Shown here one piece after another: positions 1-7,059 of a stretch of DNA of 41,656 nt (the first letter of the stretch is position 1; every line of letters begins with the position of its first letter). This stretch comes from a virus (lineage: Duplodnaviria > Caudoviricetes), in the IMG/VR virus record IMGVR_UViG_3300037424_000450, positions 1 to 41,656 of that record. One strand, written 5' to 3'. The notes under the pieces were generated by a model. The model was given only the letters and a program-made list of their open reading frames with translations, ran no database searches and was not told where the DNA came from. The position numbers were made by a program, and so were the translations under genes.

Positions 1-166
1 CGACCTGTCGAGCGCCAACCTGTGGAGCGCCGACCTGTCGAACGCCAACCTGCGGAGCGCCAACCTGCGGAGCGCCAACCTGCGGAGCGCCGACCTGCGG
101 AGCGCCGACCTGCGGAGCGCCGACCTGTCGAGCGCCGACCTGTCGAGCGCCGACCTGCGGAGCGCC
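1..166 (+). repeat. 15-bp coding tandem repeat (consensus AGCGCC[G/A]ACCTG[CG/TC]G)
   Basis: About 11 adjacent imperfect copies encoding pentapeptide units. Confidence 0.9.
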
Positions 167-601
167 AAAGGAATCTCCCCCGAGCGCACAACCCCCCTGC
201 TAATCCTCCTCGACCAGCCCGGCAGAGTACGCGCCTACAAACTCGTCAACCGGGACTTCCAGAGCCCGATCCAGCACAGCGGCAAACTCACCTACACCAT
301 CGGTGAAACGCTCACGGTCAAAGACGCGAACACAGACCCCCTGCAACAGTGCGCCGAGGGGATAAACCTCTGCACCCTCGACTGGTGTTCCCGCGAATGG
401 CAGGACGGCTATCACGTCATGGTCTGCGAGTTCTCGGCAAAGGATATCGCCTGTATCCCGACGGCAACGGACGGGAAGTTTCGAGTCCGCAAGTGCAAGA
501 TCGTGGGCGAGTACGACCTGACTCCACTGTTCGAGCGTGAGAAGAAAGAGCGCGAGGAGTGGGAGAAGGAGCAGGAGGCGACCAATGGCAAGACTGGTTG
601 A
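2..601 (+). CDS. Pentapeptide-repeat protein, 5'-truncated
   Basis: Frame 2 reads [24 protein letters not shown]... (A[D/N]LxS repeats) and stays open through the 419..601 ORF to TGA at 599-601. Confidence 0.9.
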   Translation, partial: DLSSANLWSADLSNANLRSANLRSANLRSADLRSADLRSADLSSADLSSADLRSAKGISPERTTPLLILLDQPGRVRAYKLVNRDFQSPIQHSGKLTYTIGETLTVKDANTDPLQQCAEGINLCTLDWCSREWQDGYHVMVCEFSAKDIACIPTATDGKFRVRKCKIVGEYDLTPLFEREKKEREEWEKEQEATNGKTG

Positions 602-764
602 GCCTCCGAAGTGGCGACATTCGTTGCTGGCGACACCGGAGGCGCACATGACCCCAACCCTCAACAGCGAACAGGCCCGCCTCGCACTCCAACATCGCTG
701 TCTCGCCATCTCCACCTCGCGCCTCTTCTCCCGCGCCCGAGTCGGAGAACTGGAGGGCAAGTGA
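585..764 (+). CDS. Hypothetical protein
   Basis: GGAGG SD before ATG 585 (alternative ATG 648); stop overlaps the next GTG (GTGA). Confidence 0.5.
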   Translation: MARLVEPPKWRHSLLATPEAHMTPTLNSEQARLALQHRCLAISTSRLFSRARVGELEGK

Positions 765-1558
765 CTGCCACCTACAAGCCCGTCCTGCGCTATCCCGGCA
801 GCAAGTGGAACTTAGCCGACTGGATCATCAGCCACTTGCCGCCGCATATCCATTACCTGGAACCCTACTTCGGGAGCGGTGCCGTCCTGTTCTGCAAACC
901 GCGCTCGAAGATAGAAACAATCAACGACCTCAACGGCGATGTGGTCAACCTATTCCGTGTTCTCAGGGAGCGACCGCAAGAACTGGCGGACCTCATTTAC
1001 ATGACACCGTGGGCCCGTTCTGAGTACCGCGAGTCCTACCAGCAAACAGGCGACAAAATGGAGGACGCCCGGCGATTTATTGTGCGGTGCTGGCAGGCGC
1101 ATGGCGCAAGGTTGAACACGTCGTGCGGTTGGAAAAACGAAGGCTGTGGAGCACAAGGGAAAATCGTCGTACACGTATGGCGCGACCTGCCAGAGCGGAT
1201 CCTCGCTGGAGCGGAACGCTTGCGCGGGGTGCAAATCGAATCGGCACCAGCTGTCGATGTTGTGAAGCGACTAGCGGGCCCGCACGTTTTGGTCTACGCG
1301 GACCCGCCCTACCTCAACGTTGCACCTCTCTATGCTGAAAGAACAAGCCTCGACGAACACCGCGAGATGCTTACTGTCCTCAATGAATTCCCCGGGCCCG
1401 TCCTGCTCTCTGGATATGCGAACGATCTATACGCCGACGAGTTGGGAGAATGGACGGAACACCACAAGAGCGCAAACGCAGATGGCGGCAGGGACAGGAC
1501 AGAGACGCTCTGGCTTAATCCCATCGCAGCAAACGCAAGAGAGGGGATGCTGTTTTGA
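761..1558 (+). CDS. DNA adenine methyltransferase (Dam/D12 class)
   Basis: LRYPGSKW, YLEPYFGSGAV, INDLNGDVVN and YADPPY motifs; GGAGG SD and GTGA overlap at 761. Confidence 0.93.
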   Translation: MTATYKPVLRYPGSKWNLADWIISHLPPHIHYLEPYFGSGAVLFCKPRSKIETINDLNGDVVNLFRVLRERPQELADLIYMTPWARSEYRESYQQTGDKMEDARRFIVRCWQAHGARLNTSCGWKNEGCGAQGKIVVHVWRDLPERILAGAERLRGVQIESAPAVDVVKRLAGPHVLVYADPPYLNVAPLYAERTSLDEHREMLTVLNEFPGPVLLSGYANDLYADELGEWTEHHKSANADGGRDRTETLWLNPIAANAREGMLF

Positions 1559-1746
1559 CCTCCACTGAAATGCGCCTCGCCCTTCAACGTGGCTTCCGCT
1601 CAGAGCAGGTGAAGAACCTCATCGCCCGCGCAAGAGCAACAGCGCGAGTGCTGGCGATATCCCACGACGAGAGAGTGCTGGAGGATCTGCTGAGAGACTT
1701 GGAGATATTGGAGATGCGGTTCACAGAGAAGGGAGAGTGCGAATGA
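1555..1746 (+). CDS. Hypothetical protein
   Basis: TTGA overlap with the upstream stop; coupled to the next gene. Confidence 0.6.
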   Translation: MTSTEMRLALQRGFRSEQVKNLIARARATARVLAISHDERVLEDLLRDLEILEMRFTEKGECE

Positions 1747-2099
1747 AAGAACTGGAGAGCGTGAGAAGCGGACTCTTGGCAGATATGCCACACAAGGTTA
1801 TCGACTATCGGATGCTCGATGTCCTTGAAGCCCTCGACAAGCGACTCGACGCGCTGGAGAAGGGCGACGAACTCTCCCTTGGCGACATACGCCTACGCCT
1901 TCGAGTGGTCGAGCAGAAGGTTGGCCTCGACGCCTACGCTGACGACTACCCTGGCGACAAAAAGACCTGCGGGGAGTGCAAGCATCCGTTCCAGAAGGTC
2001 GGGGTTCCTGACTACCTTCTCTGTCTCCGCCAGTGTAGCGTGCATACGGCGCGGCTGAGAAGCGACCAAGCCTGTCCCAACTTCAAGGCTCTACCATGA
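1743..2099 (+). CDS. Hypothetical protein, coiled-coil plus C-terminal Cys cluster
   Basis: ATGA overlap, GGGAG SD; CGEC...C...CPNF motif. Confidence 0.65.
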   Translation: MKELESVRSGLLADMPHKVIDYRMLDVLEALDKRLDALEKGDELSLGDIRLRLRVVEQKVGLDAYADDYPGDKKTCGECKHPFQKVGVPDYLLCLRQCSVHTARLRSDQACPNFKALP

Positions 2100-2185
2100 A
2101 CGCCACCACGGTCCTCCCCGCAATCGCCATCCTCACAGCCCTCGCTGTGTGGCTGTTGGTGAAGCGTGGAGTGGGGGTGCGATGA
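2096..2185 (+). CDS. 29-aa single-pass membrane microprotein (MNATTVLPAIAILTALAVWLLVKRGVGVR)
   Basis: Manual translation; ATGA overlaps at both ends; hydrophobic helix followed by basic residues. Confidence 0.55.
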   Translation: MNATTVLPAIAILTALAVWLLVKRGVGVR

Positions 2186-3342
2186 ATGACCCGACCTTTA
2201 TTTCACTATTCAGTGGAATCGGCGGGGCCGACCTCGGATTCGAGCGGGCAGGATTCCGCTGTGTCGCCCAGGTCGAGTCGCACCCTTGGCGGCGAAGAAT
2301 CCTTGAGCACCACTGGCCCGACGTCCCGCGATTCGACGATGTCTGCACAGTTGGAGCACACAACCTGCCCCCTGCCTCTCTCATCGTCGGAGGCTTCCCC
2401 TGCCAGGATCTCTCAGTGGCGGGAAAGCGTCGCGGCTTGGCTGGAGAACGGAGCGGACTCTTCTACGAGTTCAGCCGCATCATTGACGAACTCGCTCCCG
2501 ACTGGTTTTGCATCGAGAACGTCCCTGGCCTTCTGTCCTCCGACCCCGCACCTTCCAACCGGGGGGGGGACTTTGGCCTTGTACTACTGGAGCTTACGGG
2601 CTATCCGCCGGATATACCGAAGGACGGCTGGCGCAACTCCGGAGTCTGTGCAGGCCCGAAGCGAACAGTGGCCTGGCGCGTGCTTGACTCTCGCTACTTC
2701 GGAGTGGCCCAGAGACGCCGCCGAGTGTTCATTGTCGGAGGTCCAGGAGCCTCAAGTGGATTCGAGGTTCTCTTTGAGTCAGAAGGCGGCAACGGGAATC
2801 CTGAGGAGGGCGAGGCGACGGGGGAAGAAGTTGCCGCCACGGTTAGAAGCCGCTTTGACTCAAGCGGCAGAGGGGATGAGACATACATCCTCCGAACCGC
2901 ACAGCAATCCGCAAACGGAATCGGGATTGACGAGGAAACCTGCTATACCCTCGACGGAGCAGAACCGCCCGCGATCGCAGGTTGCTTGCGACAAAACAGG
3001 AGTGGAGTCGCTTACGCTTCGGGAGCCGCAGAAGAAAATTATCTCATCGCAGGAACACTCGACTCTGGACATGGCTCAAAGCGATTCTCAAATCAATGGA
3101 TTGACCCCGGAAAGAACTTCCTGGTTTGTTCGCCGGCTGACCCCGACGGAGTGCGAGAGGCTACAGAGCTTCCCGGACGGACACACCTGCCTATGCGGGA
3201 AGAACCACGGGAGGTCTGCACCTGCGCCGACACCCCGCGATACGCAAGCCTTGGAGACGCCATGACGGTCAACGTGATGGAGTGGATAGCGAGACGGATT
3301 CTGGGAGTGGGGATACCCGAGCGTGAGAGGAGAGGGCGATGA
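2182..3342 (+). CDS. DNA (cytosine-5)-methyltransferase, alpha-type polypeptide lacking motif IX
   Basis: SLFSGIGG (I), GGFPCQDLS (IV), IENVPG (VI), QRRRRVF (VIII), RYASLGDAMTVNVMEWI (X); no RxLTxxE motif in this frame. Confidence 0.92.
   Translation: MNDPTFISLFSGIGGADLGFERAGFRCVAQVESHPWRRRILEHHWPDVPRFDDVCTVGAHNLPPASLIVGGFPCQDLSVAGKRRGLAGERSGLFYEFSRIIDELAPDWFCIENVPGLLSSDPAPSNRGGDFGLVLLELTGYPPDIPKDGWRNSGVCAGPKRTVAWRVLDSRYFGVAQRRRRVFIVGGPGASSGFEVLFESEGGNGNPEEGEATGEEVAATVRSRFDSSGRGDETYILRTAQQSANGIGIDEETCYTLDGAEPPAIAGCLRQNRSGVAYASGAAEENYLIAGTLDSGHGSKRFSNQWIDPGKNFLVCSPADPDGVREATELPGRTHLPMREEPREVCTCADTPRYASLGDAMTVNVMEWIARRILGVGIPERERRGR
2186..3265 (+). CDS. Overlapping +1-frame polypeptide supplying C5-MTase motif IX (M.EcoHK31I beta-like); true start uncertain
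   Basis: 359-codon open frame containing VRRLTPTECERLQSFPDGHT and SEWP...CSLSEV...LSQKAATGILRRARRRGKKLPPRLEAAL. Confidence 0.78.
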   Translation: MTRPLFHYSVESAGPTSDSSGQDSAVSPRSSRTLGGEESLSTTGPTSRDSTMSAQLEHTTCPLPLSSSEASPARISQWRESVAAWLENGADSSTSSAASLTNSLPTGFASRTSLAFCPPTPHLPTGGGTLALYYWSLRAIRRIYRRTAGATPESVQARSEQWPGACLTLATSEWPRDAAECSLSEVQEPQVDSRFSLSQKAATGILRRARRRGKKLPPRLEAALTQAAEGMRHTSSEPHSNPQTESGLTRKPAIPSTEQNRPRSQVACDKTGVESLTLREPQKKIISSQEHSTLDMAQSDSQINGLTPERTSWFVRRLTPTECERLQSFPDGHTCLCGKNHGRSAPAPTPRDTQALETP

Positions 3343-3623
3343 GTACAGGCTGCACATGGATAGACCAACTGCTCGACGTCTGCCGTAAGTGCCATGAGGA
3401 CGGCGAAGACTGCGCTCCAGAAGATGGTAGCCCCTGCCCCTTCGCCGCAATCCTCAATGCTCTGCCACAAGCGAGTGAGGAGCAGATAGAGGCGGCGACT
3501 GCGATTTTCACCTTCCCCGATTCATGGAACCTGTACCTTGAGTGGATAGACCAGTACGGGTTGTGGAAGGACACCGAATATAGCTGGCGTACTCCCGACA
3601 AAGGCGGTGCGAATGTTGAATGA
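3339..3623 (+). CDS. Hypothetical Cys-containing protein
   Basis: ATGA overlap, GGAG SD. Confidence 0.6.
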   Translation: MSTGCTWIDQLLDVCRKCHEDGEDCAPEDGSPCPFAAILNALPQASEEQIEAATAIFTFPDSWNLYLEWIDQYGLWKDTEYSWRTPDKGGANVE

Positions 3624-3771
3624 CAGTGACTCGTCATGGCTAGCACAACAAGCACAAACGTCTCTGCTGAATATCGAGTATGCGATGTGTCAAGCCATAA
3701 GCGAAATCAAAGACGCGATGCTGGCGAAGATAGATGAGCAAGCAGAACCAAAGAAAGGCGGTGCGGCATGA
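3613..3771 (+). CDS. Hypothetical 52-aa protein
   Basis: Manual translation MLNDSDSSW...KKGGAA; ATGA-coupled to the next gene. Confidence 0.5.
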   Translation: MLNDSDSSWLAQQAQTSLLNIEYAMCQAISEIKDAMLAKIDEQAEPKKGGAA

Positions 3772-3941
3772 GCGACAAGGATTGGCACATCTCCCGCGCT
3801 CTCCGGGAGTTGGAGTGCGCGGGAGTGAGCAAAGAGGCGAGGGAGGCTGTGGTCCGACTCCTAGACGGGACATTTGAGTGCGACTATTGCCCCGTTGTCG
3901 CTGAGTTCCTCGACGATTTGGATACAGAAAGGAGTGATTGA
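3768..3941 (+). CDS. Hypothetical 57-aa protein with one CxxC
   Basis: Manual translation MSDKDWHISRAL...ECDYCP...TERSD; ATGA overlap. Confidence 0.55.
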   Translation: MSDKDWHISRALRELECAGVSKEAREAVVRLLDGTFECDYCPVVAEFLDDLDTERSD

Positions 3942-3942
3942 C

Positions 3943-4131
3943 GTGCTGCCTTGGCCATGGTGGCTAGTCATCTTATGGGAAACCGCCATGATATTGGACT
4001 TGTTCTTCGTCCTGCTGATATGGCGCAAGGAACGCAAAGACTACGAGGTCAGCGTCCGGGCGCTCGGTCAGCCAAAGGACGTTGCCCACCCCACAAGAGA
4101 AGCCCTGCCCCACCTGTGGCGGGAGCGGTAA
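3943..4131 (+). CDS. Small membrane protein
   Basis: AAGGAG SD before GTG 3943; hydrophobic N-terminus LPWPWWLVILWETAMILDLFFVLLIW. Confidence 0.55.
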   Translation: MLPWPWWLVILWETAMILDLFFVLLIWRKERKDYEVSVRALGQPKDVAHPTREALPHLWRER

Positions 4132-4213
4132 GCGAGACACGATGATTCCACCTTCGAGGGTGATTGAGTATATCGACTGTCCCACCTGCCACGGCTCGGG
4201 AGTCACACCATGA
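4082..4213 (+). CDS. 43-aa DnaJ-type zinc-finger microprotein
   Basis: Manual translation has CPTCGGSG and CPTCHGSG (two CxxCxGxG); AAGGA before TTG; ATGA overlap downstream. Confidence 0.7.
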   Translation: MPTPQEKPCPTCGGSGKRDTMIPPSRVIEYIDCPTCHGSGVTP

Positions 4214-4341
4214 CGGATAGAAACCCCGCAATACACCTAACACTTACGGGTATCTCTATCCCACACATCTACGTCGAGATAGGCATGGTCGTGTGGGGGA
4301 CAGACGAAGGGAGGCTGAAGTGGAGGACGAGCGCGAACTAG
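4210..4341 (+). CDS. Hypothetical 43-aa protein
   Basis: GGGAG SD, ATGA overlap; manual translation MTDRNPAIHL...WRTSAN. Confidence 0.4.
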   Translation: MTDRNPAIHLTLTGISIPHIYVEIGMVVWGTDEGRLKWRTSAN

Positions 4342-4619
4342 ACGGGGCATATCAGCGACCACCGATAACGTCCGTCCCGCCAGCACTACACGAGAGTTAT
4401 CGCAGGGTGCTGAAAGAGAGCGAAGTGATCTGGCTCGAGCGACAGGGGCAGCACGGGCTGACGCCGTTTCCCGAGAAGCCGTCCGTCCTGCTCGCTGACA
4501 TCCAGCAGAAGCTCTGGCGGCTGGAGCGCGGCGACGGCTCGAAGCACGAGGACGCGTGGCTGGACATCCTCAACTACGCCGCCATCGGATTGCTTGTGGC
4601 AAGGGGGGAGTGGCGATGA
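4320..4619 (+). CDS. DUF1599 / nucleotide-modification-associated domain 1-like protein
   Basis: C-terminal KLWRLE...EDAWLDILNYAAIGLLVARGEW signature; GGAGG SD before GTG. Confidence 0.65.
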   Translation: MEDERELDGAYQRPPITSVPPALHESYRRVLKESEVIWLERQGQHGLTPFPEKPSVLLADIQQKLWRLERGDGSKHEDAWLDILNYAAIGLLVARGEWR

Positions 4620-4990
4620 AGAAGCTCGTCGTGTATGTGGCGGGCCCATATACGTCATCTCCGTGCCACGGGACGCGCTCCGCAATCGACGCCTGGAAAG
4701 TCCTCGTCGATAACGGCTATCTGCCACTCGTCCCGCACACAGACCTGATCATCGACATCGTATATCCAATGGACGAGGACTTCTGGTACGGCTACACGCT
4801 GAACCTGCTCGAAGCCACTGCTGATATCCTGCTGCGGCTCCCGGGGAAATCCACCGGCGCAGACCGCGAGTGGGAGAGGGCGGGCGAGTTGGGGTTGCCG
4901 AGATTTCGGGGGAGCGCGGAGGAGTTCGTGGTCATGTTTGGGAGTGACTTCGAGGTAAAGCGAATCGAGAGGAGGCGCAATGTGGATTGA
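4616..4990 (+). CDS. DUF4406/DUF1937-like nucleoside 2-deoxyribosyltransferase-fold protein
   Basis: VYVAGPYT...PLVPH...ILLRLPGKSTGADREWERAGELGLP. Confidence 0.75.
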   Translation: MKKLVVYVAGPYTSSPCHGTRSAIDAWKVLVDNGYLPLVPHTDLIIDIVYPMDEDFWYGYTLNLLEATADILLRLPGKSTGADREWERAGELGLPRFRGSAEEFVVMFGSDFEVKRIERRRNVD

Positions 4991-5498
4991 CGCGACAGAC
5001 TTCTTCGCCGCGGTGGAGCAGGAGCCGCGCACGCTCACGAGAGAGGACATGGTGGTACTCGCGCTGGCAGACGACAGGCGCACACCCGGCTTCTGTTGCG
5101 CTTGTGGGGCGAGTCTCCAGCACAAGGGGCAGAACAGCCGATGGTGTGACGGTTGCCAGTACGTCCACGCACGGTTCCGCGAGAACGCCAGGTATCGCTC
5201 CAGAACCACGCTGGGCGAGTGTGAGCGGTGCGGCGGGGGGTACACAAAACAAGCTGGCAATCAGAAATACTGTGCCGAGTGCCGAGAGGTGGTTGTGCGC
5301 GAACAATCCCGCGAAGGGATGAGGCGCAGGAAAGGCTTCAGGCAGGACCGGGTGTGTCTGGACTGCGGCGCGGACATCACCTTGCGCCCCGGGGCGAAGC
5401 GGTGTCTTGAGTGCGCGAAAGAACACACGCTCAGATACAACCGGGAGTATATGCGGGGATACCACTCGCGGTACAAGGGCAGGGAGGCGGTGGCTTGA
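4980..5498 (+). CDS. Multi-zinc-finger protein
   Basis: Three CxxC...CxxC units; GGAGG SD. Confidence 0.75.
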   Translation: MWIDATDFFAAVEQEPRTLTREDMVVLALADDRRTPGFCCACGASLQHKGQNSRWCDGCQYVHARFRENARYRSRTTLGECERCGGGYTKQAGNQKYCAECREVVVREQSREGMRRRKGFRQDRVCLDCGADITLRPGAKRCLECAKEHTLRYNREYMRGYHSRYKGREAVA

Positions 5499-5743
5499 AC
5501 GACTACGGGCAGCTCTCCGCCACGTACAGGGAGGACTATCGGCGGCGGTTGACCTGTCTCAGGAGACGGATGTCGAAGCAGTACCAGGAGGACCCCGTGC
5601 GCTGTATCTTCGAGGAAGTCAGGACATCGGCGGTCTGGCTACTCAATCAACCGAGCAAGGATACTCAATGCCTCGAGCAATACGAACTGGACGCACTGCT
5701 GCTGTTCAGGCGCACGATCAGGGAGGGCAAGTGTCAAACGTGA
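5495..5743 (+). CDS. Hypothetical protein
   Basis: GGAGG SD, TTGA overlap. Confidence 0.6.
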   Translation: MNDYGQLSATYREDYRRRLTCLRRRMSKQYQEDPVRCIFEEVRTSAVWLLNQPSKDTQCLEQYELDALLLFRRTIREGKCQT

Positions 5744-5961
5744 TATCAGACCTGCGATTCTGGAAGCGTCTCTTCAGCCGCGCTCTCGAACGCGCTTACG
5801 GCATGGGCGGGCACGAGGCGTTCATCACTTTCAAGAAGGGTAAGCACTCCGGGGACGGCTCTCTCATCAAGAACGCCGACGCCTACGCTGTCGCGGAGAA
5901 GATGTCGCAGGACCTTCGGGATAGCGCGTTGTGGGCGGAGGAGAAACTATCGGAGATTTGA
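5731..5961 (+). CDS. Hypothetical protein; last gene before the late promoter
   Basis: GGAGG SD before GTG 5731 (alternative GTG 5740); its stop lies inside the TTGACA -35 box. Confidence 0.6.
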   Translation: MSNVISDLRFWKRLFSRALERAYGMGGHEAFITFKKGKHSGDGSLIKNADAYAVAEKMSQDLRDSALWAEEKLSEI

Positions 5962-5986
5962 CAAACGAGCCTTTGCTTGGCAGAAT
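5958..5986 (+). promoter_or_regulatory. Sigma70-type promoter (late, pR'-like)
   Basis: TTGACA (5958-5963), 17-nt spacer, extended TG, CAGAAT (5981-5986). Confidence 0.7.
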
Positions 5987-5992
5987 GGTATA

Positions 5993-6179
5993 CAGTGGTC
6001 GTAGGTGACCACAGGTGAGGGCGGTACTCGGAAACGGGTCCTGCCCTTCGTGCTTTCTGCCCAGTCGCGGGGGTATACCGCGACGACCACGGCTGTTCAT
6101 CCCAGCCGACCTCAAGGTCCTGCTGGCTCCCCCGGCGGGACCCGCACACGCGCCGCTCGAAAGGGCGGCTTTTTCTTTT
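5993..6179 (+). ncRNA. Candidate structured leader / small RNA (~185-190 nt)
   Basis: Dense run of hairpins, including a GAAA tetraloop, between the promoter and an intrinsic terminator. Confidence 0.55.
6152..6179 (+). terminator. Rho-independent terminator
   Basis: GCCGCTC-GAAA-GGGCGGC followed by TTTTTCTTTT. Confidence 0.85.
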
Positions 6180-6223
6180 GGAGCAAGCATGGAGAAATCA
6201 CAGTTCGGCGGCAGCAGGGGAAT

Positions 6224-6463
6224 GTGAACTACTGCGAGATCTGCGGTGCCCCGAACGCTCACAAGCACCACATCTTCACCCGGGGAGCATGGGGCGGAGC
6301 AGCGGAAGTCCTCGCGAACATCATCTACCTGTGCTGGAAGCATCACTCGGAGGCTCACACACTCGGGCGCTGGACGTGGGCGCGGAAGTACGGGTTCGAG
6401 GAGAAGGTGAAGGGTGCCGAAGAAGCGGTTCGAGGAAATCAAGTTCAAGGCGAGTCTGCCTAA
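6224..6463 (+). CDS. HNH-type endonuclease-like protein next to the terminase
   Basis: CEICG...HKHHIFTRG...NIIYLCWKHHSEAH. Confidence 0.75.
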   Translation: MNYCEICGAPNAHKHHIFTRGAWGGAAEVLANIIYLCWKHHSEAHTLGRWTWARKYGFEEKVKGAEEAVRGNQVQGESA

Positions 6464-6647
6464 CATCCAGAGCGCGATCCAGACACACGGCGGGGGCGAC
6501 GGCTACATGGTGAAGCTCCTGGTCCCGCAGTCTGAGCAGCTTTCGGTGATGAAGCTCGGTGTCTGCACGAATCGGAGACTGAACGTGATAGTGAAGGTGG
6601 AGTTGGATGGCGACGAAAGCCCCGGCGAAGAAGAAACCTACATCTGA
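6414..6647 (+). CDS. Hypothetical protein
   Basis: AAGGTG SD-like signal; plausible globular composition. Confidence 0.55.
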   Translation: MPKKRFEEIKFKASLPNIQSAIQTHGGGDGYMVKLLVPQSEQLSVMKLGVCTNRRLNVIVKVELDGDESPGEEETYI

Positions 6648-7059
6648 CGCTTCTGACAAAAAATGCCAGAAAGCACTTGACGGATACGTGCGGGGCGCTT
6701 CGGTCACAAAAGCGTGCAAGTATGCCGGGATAAGCCGGGACACCTGGTATCGCTGGCTCAAGGAGAGGCAGGGCTTTGCCGAGCGGGTCGCGGCTGCTTA
6801 CGAGCAAGTCACAGACAGGCTTGAAGAAACCGCCTTCGAGAAAGCCTGCGCGGGCGATTCGGGACTACTCCAATTCATGCTGAAGGGCAGGCGCAAAGAA
6901 GTCTACGGCGACAGGCGCGAGATCAGCGGCCCCGGAGGTGCGCCGATACAGATAGCTCAGAAGCGGGTGGAGGATTATGAGAGCGTCATCGGACGACTTG
7001 CGGGAGGCGCTCCGGGTCCTGGTCCTGGAGAACCCGTGGATCCCTCACAACCCGACTGA
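6607..7059 (+). CDS. terS: Terminase small subunit
   Basis: HTH VTKACKYAGISRDTWYRW, LLQFMLKGRRKEVYGDRREISGPGGAPI; directly upstream of TerL. Confidence 0.85.
   Translation: MATKAPAKKKPTSDASDKKCQKALDGYVRGASVTKACKYAGISRDTWYRWLKERQGFAERVAAAYEQVTDRLEETAFEKACAGDSGLLQFMLKGRRKEVYGDRREISGPGGAPIQIAQKRVEDYESVIGRLAGGAPGPGPGEPVDPSQPD

Noticed and set aside
1-166. CRISPR-like array
   Set aside because: 15-bp units are contiguous with no unique spacers and are protein-coding
22-306. ORF-track protein [15 protein letters not shown]...
   Set aside because: Off-frame reading of the pentapeptide repeats; frame 2 gives canonical A(D/N)LxS units and a continuous protein
6100-6125. tRNA-Sec-like element (TCA in a loop)
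   Set aside because: 4-nt loop, no T-arm motif, no cloverleaf or CCA end
6005-6223. N-terminal extension of the HNH ORF through the leader
   Set aside because: Crosses an intrinsic terminator and low-complexity structured sequence; the HNH domain begins at GTG 6224
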